Assembly: GCF_002945325.1 (NCBI RefSeq)
Contig: NZ_CP026606.1
Coordinates: 600,001-632,000 of the forward strand
Origin: Methanococcus maripaludis
GTDB lineage: Archaea > AGJL01 > Methanococci > Methanococcales > Methanococcaceae
Direction of reading: 5' to 3'
Length of the DNA stretch: 32,000 nucleotides
Shown: positions 1 through 12,742 of the stretch, in pieces
Layout of the letters: every line of letters starts with the position of its first letter
Position numbering within the stretch: the stretch's first letter is position 1
Notes under the pieces: generated by a model
Databases searched by the model: none
The model's input: only the letters and a program-made list of their open reading frames with translations
Told to the model about the DNA's origin: nothing
Translations under genes and position numbers: made by a program

Positions 1-834
1 TGCCATTTCCATTAATCTTTTTACCCGTTCTTCGGTTGAAGGGTGTGTTGAAAATAACCTTGCAACGTTTCCTGCTTTAAAAGGATTTACAATAAACATG
101 TGTGCAGTTGCAGGGCTTCCATTTCTTAACGGATGGTATTTTACCCCTTTTTCAAGTTTTGTAAGTGCATTTGCAAGGTAAATCGGGTTTGAATATTTTG
201 CCCCGTTTTCGTCAGCATTGTATTCATTCTGCCTTGAAATTGCAAATTGAACAACCATTGCAGCAATTGGAGCCAATATTATGAAAAGTAGGGATGCAAC
301 AATCTGCATTGGATTTCCATCGTCGTCTCTTCCATATCCAAAAAGCATTCCCCACTGTAAGAAATTTGCAATGTACATTATTGCTCCAGCCATCGTTGCA
401 ACGATTGTCCCGATTAAAATATCCCTGTGCTTTATGTGTCCAATTTCGTGAGCTAAAACTCCTTCAAGTTCTTGCTCATTTAAAAGTTGTAAGATTCCGG
501 TAGTAACTGCGACTACACCATTTTTAGGGCCTCTACCTGTTGCAAATGCATTTGGAGTATCAGTATTAATTATTGCAACTTTTGGTTTTTGAATATTTGC
601 CCTGTTTGCTATTGATTCAACAATTCTGTGTAAATTTGGCGCTTCGTTTTCATCAACTATTTTTGCACCATAGCTTGTCAGAACTATTTTGTCGCTATAA
701 AAATAGCTTATTAAATTAGGAATTAGTGCTAAAAGTATTGCAAATATTGGGGGGAATCCGAGCATAAAGCAAATTCCGTAGATCATTCCTGTTAAAAGTG
801 CCATCAATAAAAGAACTTTTACTGTAGACATCAT
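1..834 (-). CDS. htpX: Zn metalloprotease HtpX homolog (peptidase M48); the C-terminal end runs off the window
   Basis: Absent from the ORF track because it is open to the window edge. Minus-strand translation from ATG 834 gives MMSTVKVLLLMALLTGMIYG with hydrophobic segments. The zinc motif LAHEIGHIKHRD has its HEIGH codons at 436-450. AGGTG lies 5 nt upstream of the ATG. Confidence 0.85.
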   Translation of the reverse strand, partial: MMSTVKVLLLMALLTGMIYGICFMLGFPPIFAILLALIPNLISYFYSDKIVLTSYGAKIVDENEAPNLHRIVESIANRANIQKPKVAIINTDTPNAFATGRGPKNGVVAVTTGILQLLNEQELEGVLAHEIGHIKHRDILIGTIVATMAGAIMYIANFLQWGMLFGYGRDDDGNPMQIVASLLFIILAPIAAMVVQFAISRQNEYNADENGAKYSNPIYLANALTKLEKGVKYHPLRNGSPATAHMFIVNPFKAGNVARLFSTHPSTEERVKRLMEMA

Positions 835-844
835 GTTTACACCT

Positions 845-1720
845 TTATTTGTAAATTTTACAAACCACTGGATTTGATAAAATTGAAGCGGCGTCATTTA
901 ATTCTTCGTCTTTACAGATGCAGAATATTGCATTTCCAAGCATTGCCTGGGACGCTCCAGCAGTAAATCTTAAATCATCACATATTTCGATTATTTCTTC
1001 AGATGCAAGACCTGTATTTTTTGCAAAGTAGTATGATAACTCCATGAAATTTTCAAGGGTTGGTTTTTTCAACAATTTTCCAAGTAATTCGTCTGAAGTA
1101 GCATTTATTTTTTCTATCCACGAAGGATCGTTAATTACGGTATCAGTTTCCTTTTTGCCAAATATATCTACCAAAACACTATAATCATCCATGTTTTTAA
1201 TGTCAACGCTTTCTACACCAATTGGAAATCCTGGACTCTTTCGAATAACAAAACCCTTTGTGTGCTGTGCGATAACATCTCCAAGCCCAGTATTACAGCG
1301 TACTTCTGCCTTGTGAGCAATTTTCACCAGTTCTGATATATCTGATTCATTTTTTTTATTATCTAAATTACTTCTATCAATATCATTTTGCATGTTCTTA
1401 AAGTTGTATGTTGAACTCAGCTCATATGCAGCACCAAGTGCACAACATCCTGATGTTCCCATACCACATCCAAGCGGAAAATCGGAAGTATAGGTTATAT
1501 CGTGTTTTAATTCGTTTTTAAGCCCCAAATAATGGATAACATCTTTTGACGGACACAGATCTATTTTTTCATCGTTAAAATAAACATTTCCAGATCCTTC
1601 GACCAATTTTGTGGATACTCCCCTATTTAGTGTAATTCCTGCACCAGTTGATCCGGTTTTTAGTAAATTTTCGTGTCTAGTTATTTTGAAAAAACCTGTA
1701 ATATGAGAGGGTATGAACAT
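845..1720 (-). CDS. Pantoate kinase (archaeal CoA pathway, GHMP kinase fold, COG1829)
   Basis: 291 aa. The N-terminus MFIPSHITGFF...GSTGAGITL, the GHMP loop PLGCGMGTSG and AHKAEVRCNTGLGDVIAQ closely parallel my recollection of the Thermococcus kodakarensis pantoate kinase. AGGTG RBS is present. Confidence 0.7.
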   Translation of the reverse strand: MFIPSHITGFFKITRHENLLKTGSTGAGITLNRGVSTKLVEGSGNVYFNDEKIDLCPSKDVIHYLGLKNELKHDITYTSDFPLGCGMGTSGCCALGAAYELSSTYNFKNMQNDIDRSNLDNKKNESDISELVKIAHKAEVRCNTGLGDVIAQHTKGFVIRKSPGFPIGVESVDIKNMDDYSVLVDIFGKKETDTVINDPSWIEKINATSDELLGKLLKKPTLENFMELSYYFAKNTGLASEEIIEICDDLRFTAGASQAMLGNAIFCICKDEELNDAASILSNPVVCKIYK

Positions 1721-1762
1721 TTTAGCACCTAATATTTATCAAAAACAGAAAAGAAATAAAAA

Positions 1763-4441
1763 TTATTTATTTAAAATCTGAATTATTTTTTCCGTAATTT
1801 GTTCCTTATTTTCAGAATATTTTCCTTGTGCGAGGTTATCTTTTCCACCGCCTTTTCCAATATTTCTGATTAAGTCTTTCATACTTATTTCAACGTTTTC
1901 TCCTCTTTTACATAAGAGGTAGTCGTTTTCATTCATTAGAACTATGAGTTTGTTTCCAACTGCTAAGTTGTCTGCAATCGACATTAATTCGTTTGGAGTT
2001 CCGTTGACCTGTTCAACTAAAACTTCGTAATTTCCAACATTCTCAAATTTGTCTGCAAGTTCGTATTTTACGAGTTCACCGACTTTTTTCTGGAGTTCTT
2101 CAATCGTTTTTTTCTGTTCTTTCCATTCTTCAAAGAATCTTTTAACAGTTTTTGGAAGCTGGTCATTTGGAATTCCTAAAATTTCAGCTGAATCAATTAA
2201 GGTATCTTCAAGACTCGCAATTTCTGAAACTGAACCCATTCCTGTTGAATATTCAAGTCTTTCAACACCATCCTGAATTCTTTCGGTCTTTAAAACTTTA
2301 ATGTATCCCACTTCTGAAGTGTTGCTGCAGTGAGTTCCACCACATGCTTCAACGTCAGTTCCTTCGATTTCGATTATTCTTAAAGTATCTCCCGGAACTA
2401 CACCACCCTGGTAGATTGTAAAGCCGTATTTTTGTTCCGCATCGTTTCTATCCATAAAAGTTGAGTTTACAGGCATTTTTGAAAGAACAATTTCGTTTGC
2501 AATTCTTTCAATTTCTTTTACCTGTTCTCTTGAAATTCTCTCGTAGTGGGTGATATCAAGTCTTCCTTTTTCAGTATCAACGTTTGAACCGGTCTGCCAT
2601 ACGTGTTTTCCAAGAACCCTTGTTGCTGCTGCATTTATTACGTGCGTTGCAGTGTGGTTTCTCATTAATTTAAGCCTGTTATCCCAGTTTACGGCACCTT
2701 TTACTGTGTCGCCTTCTTTGAATTTTGAAATGTCAGAAACTTTGTGGAATACAATTCCATTCTTTTTCTGTACGTCAATAACTTCAATATCATTTAACTG
2801 ACCAATATCGTACTTTTGACCCCCGCCTTCAGCGTAGAAAAGGGTTTTGTCTAGTACAATATATTTTTCAGCGATTTTCAAGATTTTAGCTTCAAATTCA
2901 ACTTGCGTTGGGTGTTTGAAGAATAAAAGTTCGGTTTCAGAAACTTCAAGTTCAGGAAGTTCTTTTTTCGTTGAAACTACTTCTTCAGGTTTTTCTTCCT
3001 CGTGTCTTTCTGCAACAATCGTGTAGAAATTGTCAGGAACTGTAATTGCAATAGTTTTCTTTCCTTTTTTGTTTAATTCATCAACTACATCTTTTACAAT
3101 TTCAGGAGGAAGCCCGTTACTGTCATATAATTCGATTAAATCGTCAAGCGTGATTTCTGACTTTGAAGCAGCCATTCTTTCAACGATTCCTCTTCCACGG
3201 TTTACAGTTTGAATGTATTTTTTCTCTTCAGAATCCAAAACATCCATTATGTATTCTTTCATGCCACTTAATTCAGGGTAAATTTCTTTCATGTTTTCAA
3301 GCTGCATTGAAATGATATCTTTTATGGACATTGAGATTCCGATTTTTTCCATGTATCTTAATGTCTTTCTGAGTACCAATCTTGCAAGGTAACCTTCTTT
3401 TACGTTTGAAGGTACAATTCCATCTCCAAACATGAAAGAAAGACATCTTGTGTGGTCAGCAATCGCATAGATGTATTCAAGCGGGCTTATTAATTTATCA
3501 AGCTCATCTACATCCATTCCGATTTTTTCAGCAACTTTTTGCCTTAAAACTCTTAAATCACCGACATTTTCAATATCCATAAGTCCGGCGAGAGTTGCAC
3601 TCTCAGCCATTATTTTTTCATCGACTTCTGGAATTCCCGCATCTTCTTTTAATTTTTCAATTATTTCTGAAAATAAAGATTCGTAAACTGTTGGAGTTCC
3701 TTGGGAAGCCCATGCAAATCTTTCGATTCCGTATCCTGTATCAACAATTTTCAAAGGAATTTCTTCGTAATCGTTTCCAATTTTCTTATACTGCATGAAA
3801 ACAAGTGTTGCAAGCTCAACACCGTGCGTTATAACTTCGTAGCAGGGTCCAGCGTTTCCTCCACCTTCCCACCAGCTTTCGATAAAGGTAATTGTTTTTC
3901 CGTCAATTCCAAGTCTTTTCATTAATTCAAAACAGTATTCAACAGTTTTATCTGTCCAGTACTTGTAGTCGTCTTTTGAATTGAATGCGTGGTGTGCACC
4001 CATTGTAAAGCATGTTAGGTGTCTTCCAGTTCTTCCAACATTATCAATATCGTTAAGCCTGATACATGGCTGTGCAATTACTAACGGATTTTTTACAGGT
4101 TTTACAAGCCCACTTGTAACCCATGGTTGAAATACTGCAATCGATGCAATAGTTAAAAGAATATCGTCTCTCCATCTTTTTGCAACTACGGGAGATCTTT
4201 TTACAGGGGTGTGTCCCTTTTCGTCGAAAAAGTTCGTAAATTCCTTAACCATTTCGTTGTAGGTGTATTTTTTACTGGTGATAGGGTTTCCAATAAATGA
4301 ATACTCATCACACGGACTATCTCCACAAGTAGTCCTGTCTTTATCAAGTGTCCAAAACCATTGGTTACACTCAGTACACTGTTTTCTTTCAAAACCTAAT
4401 TCATCAAAAAGTTTTACTCTATAATCGTGATTAATCTCCAT
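1763..4441 (-). CDS. alaS: Alanyl-tRNA synthetase
   Basis: The ORF has the archaeal AlaRS layout: an N-terminal Zn-binding CTEC..C motif, the catalytic core, an editing domain with HTATH and CGGTH, and a C-terminal DHHA1-like tail. I prefer ATG 4441 ([12 protein letters not shown]), preceded by GGTGG, over the track start at 4462. Confidence 0.95.
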   Translation of the reverse strand: MEINHDYRVKLFDELGFERKQCTECNQWFWTLDKDRTTCGDSPCDEYSFIGNPITSKKYTYNEMVKEFTNFFDEKGHTPVKRSPVVAKRWRDDILLTIASIAVFQPWVTSGLVKPVKNPLVIAQPCIRLNDIDNVGRTGRHLTCFTMGAHHAFNSKDDYKYWTDKTVEYCFELMKRLGIDGKTITFIESWWEGGGNAGPCYEVITHGVELATLVFMQYKKIGNDYEEIPLKIVDTGYGIERFAWASQGTPTVYESLFSEIIEKLKEDAGIPEVDEKIMAESATLAGLMDIENVGDLRVLRQKVAEKIGMDVDELDKLISPLEYIYAIADHTRCLSFMFGDGIVPSNVKEGYLARLVLRKTLRYMEKIGISMSIKDIISMQLENMKEIYPELSGMKEYIMDVLDSEEKKYIQTVNRGRGIVERMAASKSEITLDDLIELYDSNGLPPEIVKDVVDELNKKGKKTIAITVPDNFYTIVAERHEEEKPEEVVSTKKELPELEVSETELLFFKHPTQVEFEAKILKIAEKYIVLDKTLFYAEGGGQKYDIGQLNDIEVIDVQKKNGIVFHKVSDISKFKEGDTVKGAVNWDNRLKLMRNHTATHVINAAATRVLGKHVWQTGSNVDTEKGRLDITHYERISREQVKEIERIANEIVLSKMPVNSTFMDRNDAEQKYGFTIYQGGVVPGDTLRIIEIEGTDVEACGGTHCSNTSEVGYIKVLKTERIQDGVERLEYSTGMGSVSEIASLEDTLIDSAEILGIPNDQLPKTVKRFFEEWKEQKKTIEELQKKVGELVKYELADKFENVGNYEVLVEQVNGTPNELMSIADNLAVGNKLIVLMNENDYLLCKRGENVEISMKDLIRNIGKGGGKDNLAQGKYSENKEQITEKIIQILNK

Positions 4442-4640
4442 TACAAACCACCAATCCGGCAATAATTGACATTATTGATAATGATTTTAAAACAATATGT
4501 ATTTTTTGTTTTTATTCTTTGCCCAGTTGTATTCATAAATTATAATATATAACTTTAAATTAAAATTTAAAAAATCTTTGAAAAATACATGTTTTAAATA
4601 AAATTGAATAAAAAAATTTGAAAAATAGAATTAAATAGAA

Positions 4641-5921
4641 TTAAAATGGAATTTTGAAATCTTTTCCAGCATATTTTGAAATCTGGAGTTCTTCTTCGAT
4701 TCTCATTAACTGGTTGTATTTTGCAGTTCTTTCCCCCCTTGCAGGAGCACCGGTTTTTATCTGGCCTGCATTTAGTGCAACGGCTAAATCTGCAATTGTT
4801 GAGTCCTCTGATTCTCCACTTCTGTGTGAAACAACCAAACTGTATCCATTTCTAAATGCCATGTTTGCAGCATCGATTGATTCTGAAAGGGTTCCAATCT
4901 GATTTACTTTCAAAAGGAGTGAGTTTGCAGCACCCATTTCAATTCCTTTTTTGAGTCTTTTCGTGTTTGTCACAAACAAATCATCACCGACAATTTGTAT
5001 TCCTTTTAACTCTTTCGTTGCAGTTTTAAATCCTTCAAAATCTTCTTCGAACAATGGATCCTCGATTGAAACAATTGGGTACTGTGCAACCATTTCTTTG
5101 TAAATATCGATTAATTTATCGGTTGAAACCTTTTCTCCTGCAATCATGTATGACCTGGATTTTTCATCGTAAAACTCGCTTGCAGCAGAATCGATTGTAA
5201 ATACTATTTCGTCTTCATAACCTGCTTTTTTAACTCCATCTAAAAGTACTGCTAGAGCTTCATCGATTGTCTTTACAGGAGGTGCAAATCCACCTTCATC
5301 CCCTACATTTACAGCATCTTTTCCGTATTTTTCAGCAACTACTTTTTTCAAAGATTGGTATGTTTCAGAACACATTCTCACTGCTTCTGCAAATGAATCT
5401 GCACCAACAGGCATTATCATGAATTCCTGAAAATCAAGTGCATTTCCTGCGTGCTGGCCACCATTTAACACGTTCATCATTGGAGCAGGCATAACATATG
5501 CGTTAGAGCCACCAATGTATTTGTAAAGCGGAAGTGATGCAGTGTCTGCCGCAGCCTTTGCAACTGCAAGTGAAACTGCTAAAATTGCATTTGCGCCCAA
5601 ATTTCCTTTATTTTCAGTTCCATCTAACGTTATCATTATTTGATCAATTAATCTCTGGTTTCTTGCATCTTCACCGATTAATTCCTGTGCAATAATGTCA
5701 TTTACGTTTGAAACTGCAGTTAATACGCTTTTTCCGCCGTATTTTTCGCTTTTATCCCTTAATTCAACTGCTTCGAAAGTTCCGGTTGAAGCACCGCTTG
5801 GAACAATTGTATGACCATATCCGCCACCTGCAGTTAACACTTCAGCTTCCACAGTTGGGTTTCCCCGTGAATCAAGTACCTGTCTTGCTTTTATTTCATA
5901 GATATCAAATGAATCGTCCAT
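4641..5921 (-). CDS. eno: Enolase (phosphopyruvate hydratase)
   Basis: Matches the enolase family throughout ([34 protein letters not shown]-like SHRSGESED). ATG 5921 ([15 protein letters not shown]) fits other methanococcal enolase N-termini better than the TTG at 5933. Confidence 0.95.
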   Translation of the reverse strand: MDDSFDIYEIKARQVLDSRGNPTVEAEVLTAGGGYGHTIVPSGASTGTFEAVELRDKSEKYGGKSVLTAVSNVNDIIAQELIGEDARNQRLIDQIMITLDGTENKGNLGANAILAVSLAVAKAAADTASLPLYKYIGGSNAYVMPAPMMNVLNGGQHAGNALDFQEFMIMPVGADSFAEAVRMCSETYQSLKKVVAEKYGKDAVNVGDEGGFAPPVKTIDEALAVLLDGVKKAGYEDEIVFTIDSAASEFYDEKSRSYMIAGEKVSTDKLIDIYKEMVAQYPIVSIEDPLFEEDFEGFKTATKELKGIQIVGDDLFVTNTKRLKKGIEMGAANSLLLKVNQIGTLSESIDAANMAFRNGYSLVVSHRSGESEDSTIADLAVALNAGQIKTGAPARGERTAKYNQLMRIEEELQISKYAGKDFKIPF

Positions 5922-6174
5922 GTTTCTTAACAAAGTCTCACCTCTGGTAAATTTCCAAATTATTAAAGTTTAAAAAAGATGAATGCCGCTAAAAACTACA
6001 TCAATGATATCGGTTTAAGAAATATATAGTTTTCCCATGATTAATTCAATTGCAAAAAGGTTATTTTTGTTTAAAAAATCCGTTAGCATTCCTTATTTAT
6101 AATTTAATAAAAAAAGTTATTTATAATTAAAAAAATAAAATTAAAATGATTCTTAAAACCTAAAAGATGATATT

Positions 6175-6453
6175 ATGAAAGGAACTGGCAATCTAATTAC
6201 CGTTGATGACAAAACTATTGTAAATTCCATGGAAAAAGTCTTTAAAGAAGAACTTGAGGATATGGAGAAAGATTTAGAATTTTTGTATAAAAAATACGAC
6301 GTTCCAAACAGCAGACTCCTCGCAGACAAAGTTTCTGCAGGAATTTACATGGGCGAAGAAATTTTAAGGGATTTAGAAGACATGGAATATTTTGAAGAAA
6401 ATATTGAAAAATTAAGGGCATACTTAAGAGATTTGAATATGAAAAAAATCTGA
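6175..6453 (+). CDS. Small acidic hypothetical protein (92 aa, predicted helical)
   Basis: Clean ORF. It ends 15 nt before hemD on the same strand. I recognise no family. Confidence 0.55.
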   Translation: MKGTGNLITVDDKTIVNSMEKVFKEELEDMEKDLEFLYKKYDVPNSRLLADKVSAGIYMGEEILRDLEDMEYFEENIEKLRAYLRDLNMKKI

Positions 6454-6468
6454 TGAAATGGAGATCCC

Positions 6469-7203
6469 ATGAAAGTTGTAATCACGCGCCCGGCCGAGAA
6501 GGGTAAGGATTTTTCAAAAATACTTGAAAAAAATGGTTTTGAAACGATTATTCTTCCAACACTTGAACTGGTTTTTAAAAAAGCCCAAATAAACCTTGAA
6601 GACTATTCTTGGATAGTATTTACAAGTCCTCGGGGAGTTGAAGGTTTTTTTAGGAATTTAGATTTAGAGGATGCTAAAAAAGTTTTAACTAAAAAAATAG
6701 GTGCAATTGGTACGGAAACTGCAAAAGAATTTGAAAGAACGTTTGGAAAAGCGGTAGACGTTATTCCACAACAATATACTGCAGAAAACTTACTTGAAGC
6801 ACTACAAAAACAGGTTAAAAATGGAGAAAATGTGCTTGTTCCAACAACTCCTTCAACTAGAGATGTCTTAAAAGAAGGACTAAATGCAGACCTTGTTTTC
6901 GTTTACAGTTCAGAAGAACCAACAGATATACCTGAAAAATTAAAGGAACTTGAAAAACAGGTTATTTCTGAAAACTGCATGGATAAAAAAGTAATCCTGA
7001 CATTTACAAGTGGTCTTACTGCGAAAAATTTCTTTAAACACTGCAGCCCTGAGTTTTTAGAAATTTTAAAAAAGCAGTATATCGTATCAATTGGGCCGAT
7101 AACAAAGAAAAATGTAGATTCTTTTGGATTTGATTCTTTGATACCTGAAAAAAATTATACCGTCGAAGCTATGGTTCCTGTAATTAAAGATTTAAATATC
7201 TGA
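6469..7203 (+). CDS. hemD: Uroporphyrinogen-III synthase
   Basis: 244 aa. MKVVITRP...FTSPRGVEGFF plus the second-half repeat LTFTSGLTAKNF is typical of the two-lobed HemD fold. GGAGAT RBS is present. Confidence 0.8.
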   Translation: MKVVITRPAEKGKDFSKILEKNGFETIILPTLELVFKKAQINLEDYSWIVFTSPRGVEGFFRNLDLEDAKKVLTKKIGAIGTETAKEFERTFGKAVDVIPQQYTAENLLEALQKQVKNGENVLVPTTPSTRDVLKEGLNADLVFVYSSEEPTDIPEKLKELEKQVISENCMDKKVILTFTSGLTAKNFFKHCSPEFLEILKKQYIVSIGPITKKNVDSFGFDSLIPEKNYTVEAMVPVIKDLNI

Positions 7204-7261
7204 TTTTCTATTTTATAATTATTTTATTGTTTAACTACCCTTGCTAATATTGGTGATTTCT

Positions 7262-7777
7262 ATGAAAATCGGTATAATGTCAGACACTCATGACTATCTA
7301 CCAAATATAAGAAAAGCTATCGCTGTTTTTAACGACGAAAAAGTTGATATGGTTGTTCACTGTGGTGATTTTGTATCATTGTTTGTAATCAAAGAGTTTG
7401 AAAACTTAAACTCAAAAATCGTTGGAGTTTTTGGAAATAACGACGGTGAAAAAACCCTGTTAAAGGAATGGTTAAAAGAAATTGATCCTGATAATGAACT
7501 TGAAAATTATGTAAGTTTTGAAACAGATGGACATAAATTCTTTGTTCTCCACGGAACCCATGCTCCAATTCTCGAAGCAGTAATACAGTCAAAAGAGTAC
7601 GATGTTGTAATTCACGGACACACTCACGAAAGACAGTTTGAAGAAATCGACGGTGTTTTAGTAATTAACCCTGGAGAGTGCTGCGGCTATTTAACTGGAA
7701 AACCAACCGTTGCAATATTAAACACTAAGGACAAAGAATATCAAGAAATCGATTTAGATGAAGTTTCTGAAATTTAA
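7262..7777 (+). CDS. Metallophosphoesterase, YfcE/MJ0936 phosphodiesterase family
   Basis: Calcineurin-like motifs occur in order: SDTHD, HCGDF, GNNDGE, HGHTH and GE. ATG 7262 follows GGTGAT, and the track start at 7241 is a TTG extension. Confidence 0.85.
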   Translation: MKIGIMSDTHDYLPNIRKAIAVFNDEKVDMVVHCGDFVSLFVIKEFENLNSKIVGVFGNNDGEKTLLKEWLKEIDPDNELENYVSFETDGHKFFVLHGTHAPILEAVIQSKEYDVVIHGHTHERQFEEIDGVLVINPGECCGYLTGKPTVAILNTKDKEYQEIDLDEVSEI

Positions 7778-7977
7778 ATCAGTTTAAATCCTATTTTTTA
7801 AAAACTTTTTTAAAGTTATTTATTGTACCCAACTCTTTAATCATGGATAATTTTATTTATTATAATGCATTAACAGAAAGATGATTAAATTATTTCCATT
7901 TTCAAAAATTAAAAAAATACTAACATCAATATATTTTTAAATGTTTTTTTAACTAAATAATCGAAATGGTGGTTTGT

Positions 7978-9312
7978 ATGAAAGTTTTACTTATTGGCGG
8001 GGGAGCTAGAGAGCATGCAATTGCCATGGCCCTTAAAAAAAACGAACTCGTGGAGCTTTATACGTTAATGAAAAATAAAAATCCGGGGATATACGCACTC
8101 TCTGAAGAAGTATCATTTAACAACGAAACCGATGTTCCTGCAATAAAAGAGTTTGCGGAAAAAATTAAACCTGAAATTGCAGTAATTGGTCCCGAATCCC
8201 CACTTGGAGTTGGCGCTTCTGATTTACTCGAAGAAATGGGCATTTTAACAGTTGGTCCAAAAAAACTTCCAGCACAAATTGAAACAAGCAAAGAATTCAT
8301 GAGAAACTTATTTAAAAAATATGAAATCGACGGTTCTTTGAAATATGCTGCATTTAATGATTATGGAACTGAACTTGAAGGATTTATCGATGAAATGACA
8401 TCTTTAGGAAAAGATGTTGTTGTAAAACCTGCAGGACTTACTGGCGGTAAAGGTGTGAAAGTCGTTGGTGAACAGTTAAAAGACAATGAAGAAGCTAAAA
8501 TTTACGCTAAAGAAGTATTCGATAAAAGTATTGGTGGCGGAAAAATAATTATCGAAGAAAAACTTGTTGGTGTTGAATTTACACTCCATGGTTTTGTAGA
8601 TGGCGAAAACATCGTATTTATGCCTGCTGTTCAAGACCACCCTCACGCGTACAACAACGATGAAGGCCCAATAACCGGAGGTATGGGTTCATACTCCTGT
8701 CCAAACCACGGATTGCCCTTTTTATCAGAAGAAATGCTTGATAAAGCAGAAAAAATAATGGAAAAAACTGTTAATTCAATTAATTTAGAAGTTGGCCCTT
8801 ACAAAGGATTTTTATACGGTCAATTCATGCTTACTGCAGATGGTCCAAAGATTATTGAATATAACGCAAGATTTGGAGATCCTGAAGCTATGAACTTGCT
8901 CCCGATATTAAAAACTGACTTTTTAGACGTTTGTTTTGCAATTGCAGAAGGAAAACTTGATAAACTAAACCTTGAATTTGAAAACAAAGCAACTGTTTGT
9001 AAATATGTTGTTCCAAACGGTTACCCGATAGACCCTGTAAGAAACAAAGAATTAGCAGTTGACGAAAAAGCAATTGAAGATGCAAATGCAATATTGTTTT
9101 ACGCATCAATTAACGAAGAAAATGGAAAATTATACATTACTGGTTCAAGAAGTGCCGCTGTTGTTGGAATTTCAGAAAATATCGAAGAAGCTGAAAAAAT
9201 CGCCCAAAAAGCAATTGAAAACTTTAAAGGTGAAGTTTACTACAGAAGCGATATTGGAACACTTGATTTAATTAAAAAAAGAGTAGAAAGAGTAAAAGAA
9301 CTGGCCAAATAA
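7978..9312 (+). CDS. purD: Phosphoribosylamine-glycine ligase (GAR synthetase)
   Basis: [15 protein letters not shown]-terminus, an ATP-grasp core ([13 protein letters not shown]) and the C-terminal PurD domain. ATG 7978 follows GGTGG. Confidence 0.93.
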   Translation: MKVLLIGGGAREHAIAMALKKNELVELYTLMKNKNPGIYALSEEVSFNNETDVPAIKEFAEKIKPEIAVIGPESPLGVGASDLLEEMGILTVGPKKLPAQIETSKEFMRNLFKKYEIDGSLKYAAFNDYGTELEGFIDEMTSLGKDVVVKPAGLTGGKGVKVVGEQLKDNEEAKIYAKEVFDKSIGGGKIIIEEKLVGVEFTLHGFVDGENIVFMPAVQDHPHAYNNDEGPITGGMGSYSCPNHGLPFLSEEMLDKAEKIMEKTVNSINLEVGPYKGFLYGQFMLTADGPKIIEYNARFGDPEAMNLLPILKTDFLDVCFAIAEGKLDKLNLEFENKATVCKYVVPNGYPIDPVRNKELAVDEKAIEDANAILFYASINEENGKLYITGSRSAAVVGISENIEEAEKIAQKAIENFKGEVYYRSDIGTLDLIKKRVERVKELAK

Positions 9313-9410
9313 ATATAAAATTCATGACAATATATAAATAATAGAAATATATATCAAATTCCATCAATATTATAGAATTTAGTAAAAAATAAGTTAAATA
9401 GAGGGATTTA

Positions 9411-10559
9411 ATGAAACAGATGGATACTGAAAAACTGTTAATGATTCCGGGCCCTACAATGGTTCCAAGCAGGGTTTTAAACACCATGGCGTTACCAATT
9501 ATTGGTCACAGGACTTCAGACTTTGGAGATTTAACTGGCGATACCGTAGACATGATGAAAAAAGTATTCCAGACTGAAAATGATACATACATCATAACCG
9601 GTTCAGGAACTGCTGTAATGGATATGGCTATTTCAAATACCTTGGATAAAGGCGACAAAGTAATAAACATTACAAACGGAAACTTTGGAGAAAGATTCTA
9701 CAAAATTTCATCAGTTTACAAGGCAGACACGATAAAATACGAACCTGAATGGGGAGATTTAGCAGATCCTAAAAAATTAAGAGAATTACTCGAAGAAAAC
9801 GAGGGAATAAAAGCAGTAACTGTTGTTCACAACGAAACATCAACAGGTGCTAAAAACCCAATCGAAGACTTAGGAAAAGTTGTAAAAGATTTTGATTCAA
9901 TCTACATCGTAGATACAATCTCATCACTTGGTGGAGATTACGTAAATGTAGACAAATTCAACATCGATATCTGTGTTACGGGTTCACAAAAATGTATTGC
10001 TGCACCACCAGGACTTGCTGCAATTACCGTGGGTGAAAAAGCATGGGATGTTGTTTCAAAAACGGAAACTAAATCATTCTATTTAGATTTAAACGCATAC
10101 AAAAAATCATGGGATGCTAAAAAAGAAACCCCTTACACACCATCTGTTTCATTAACTTACGCAATGAATGAAGCTCTTGAAATGGTGCTTGAAGAAGGGC
10201 TTGAAAACAGATTTAAAAGACACGATTTACTTGCTAGAGCTACAAGAGCAGGTTTAGAAGCTATGGGACTTGAATTATTTGCAAAAGAAAGAGCAAGATC
10301 AGTTACAGTTACCTCAGCAAAATACCCTGAAGGAATTGACGACAAAAAATTCAGAGGACTCCTTGCAGAAAAATACGACATAAGAGTTGCTGGCGGACAG
10401 TCACACCTTGCTGGAAAAATATTCAGAGTTGGACACATGGGTTCAGCTAAAGAATACCAGGTTTTAGGAACCTTAGCAGCTATCGAACTTGCATTTAAAG
10501 AATTGGGCTACAATGCAGAAGGCGGAGTTGCTGCTGCAAAAAAAGTTCTATCAAATTAA
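9411..10559 (+). CDS. Class V PLP aminotransferase (serine-glyoxylate / aspartate / phosphoserine aminotransferase group, MJ0959-like)
   Basis: 382 aa. LMIPGPT N-terminus, HNETSTG, and the TGSQKC PLP-lysine motif. GAGGGAT RBS is present. Confidence 0.85.
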   Translation: MKQMDTEKLLMIPGPTMVPSRVLNTMALPIIGHRTSDFGDLTGDTVDMMKKVFQTENDTYIITGSGTAVMDMAISNTLDKGDKVINITNGNFGERFYKISSVYKADTIKYEPEWGDLADPKKLRELLEENEGIKAVTVVHNETSTGAKNPIEDLGKVVKDFDSIYIVDTISSLGGDYVNVDKFNIDICVTGSQKCIAAPPGLAAITVGEKAWDVVSKTETKSFYLDLNAYKKSWDAKKETPYTPSVSLTYAMNEALEMVLEEGLENRFKRHDLLARATRAGLEAMGLELFAKERARSVTVTSAKYPEGIDDKKFRGLLAEKYDIRVAGGQSHLAGKIFRVGHMGSAKEYQVLGTLAAIELAFKELGYNAEGGVAAAKKVLSN

Positions 10560-10624
10560 AACATAATCTTTTTTAACCATTATTTTCATTTTTTTAATTA
10601 ATGTAATTATTTTTTGGTGAGTTA

Positions 10625-11284
10625 ATGTTTGAATCCAGATTTTGCGATATTTGCGGTAAGCCTGCAAAAACATATCAATTTGGAAGTTTACTTTGTGAAG
10701 ATCCCGAATGTTTAAAAAAGGCACAAAAACTTCGTGGAGGCCCTGCCGGACACAAATTAAGAGTTATTTCTGTTGGAAGTACAAATCCCGTTAAAGTTTC
10801 TGCTGTAGAAAAAGCAATTGAAAAAACTGTTGGAACCATGCTTGTATCTTCCGTAGATACAAAAAGTGGAGTATCGGACCAGCCTCAAGGATTTGAAGAA
10901 ACTTTTAAAGGAGCATATAACCGGGCAAAGGGTGCTTTTGAAAAGGTAAATTGTGTTTATGGAATTGGAATTGAAGCAGGAATTGTAGAAATTGGAGAAA
11001 AAAAATTAGATATCCACATTTGTGTTGTATATAATGGACTGGATTACAGTGTTGGAACGTCTCAGGCTTTTCAAATTCCGAAAGATATTTCTGATAGGAT
11101 AAACGAAGGTTATGAATGCAGTAAAATTGCAGAAGAAACCTACGGGGTAAAAAATATCGGTCAGAAAAATGGAATTATTGGAGTTCTTACCGATAACAAT
11201 ATACTTAGGGAACAATTATGTATTGATTCAGTTGTAATGGCCATGATTCCAAAGTACAGAAGGAATTCACAAATAAGGTTTTAA
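10625..11284 (+). CDS. Non-canonical purine NTP phosphatase (YjjX/DUF84 family) with an N-terminal CxxC...CxxxxC extension
   Basis: Residues from about 48 onward (VISVGSTNPVKVSAVEKA...SGVSDQPQGFEET..GA.NRA) align by eye with E. coli YjjX. The first roughly 45 aa carry CDIC and CEDPEC. GGTGA RBS lies directly upstream of ATG 10625. Confidence 0.7.
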   Translation: MFESRFCDICGKPAKTYQFGSLLCEDPECLKKAQKLRGGPAGHKLRVISVGSTNPVKVSAVEKAIEKTVGTMLVSSVDTKSGVSDQPQGFEETFKGAYNRAKGAFEKVNCVYGIGIEAGIVEIGEKKLDIHICVVYNGLDYSVGTSQAFQIPKDISDRINEGYECSKIAEETYGVKNIGQKNGIIGVLTDNNILREQLCIDSVVMAMIPKYRRNSQIRF

Positions 11285-11370
11285 ATAGGATTAATACAAC
11301 AATCTAATGAGGATAGTATTTATACAATGATTTTAATTTGTATAATAATTCTAATGGTAAAAGTGATACG

Positions 11371-12710
<1,340 letters not shown>

Positions 12711-12742
12711 AAAATTAATATATTTTTGGTTTTATTTAGTTT

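Noticed and set aside
294-503. 69-aa plus-strand ORF
   Set aside because: It is antisense to the htpX coding sequence, which carries the HEIGH motif at 436-450.
2049-4392. Multiple 60-83-aa ORFs inside and opposite alaS
   Set aside because: All are nested in the 892-aa AlaRS gene, are Ser/Phe-rich antisense frames, and lack RBS motifs.
4442-4462. Upstream-extended starts from the ORF track (4462, 5933, 7241, 7966, 11338, 11496, 19544, 22955, 24270, 27254)
   Set aside because: In each case a downstream ATG is preceded at a suitable distance by a GGTG/GGAGG-type RBS and gives an N-terminus typical of the family. The extensions begin at TTG, GTG or ATG codons that overlap the RBS itself.
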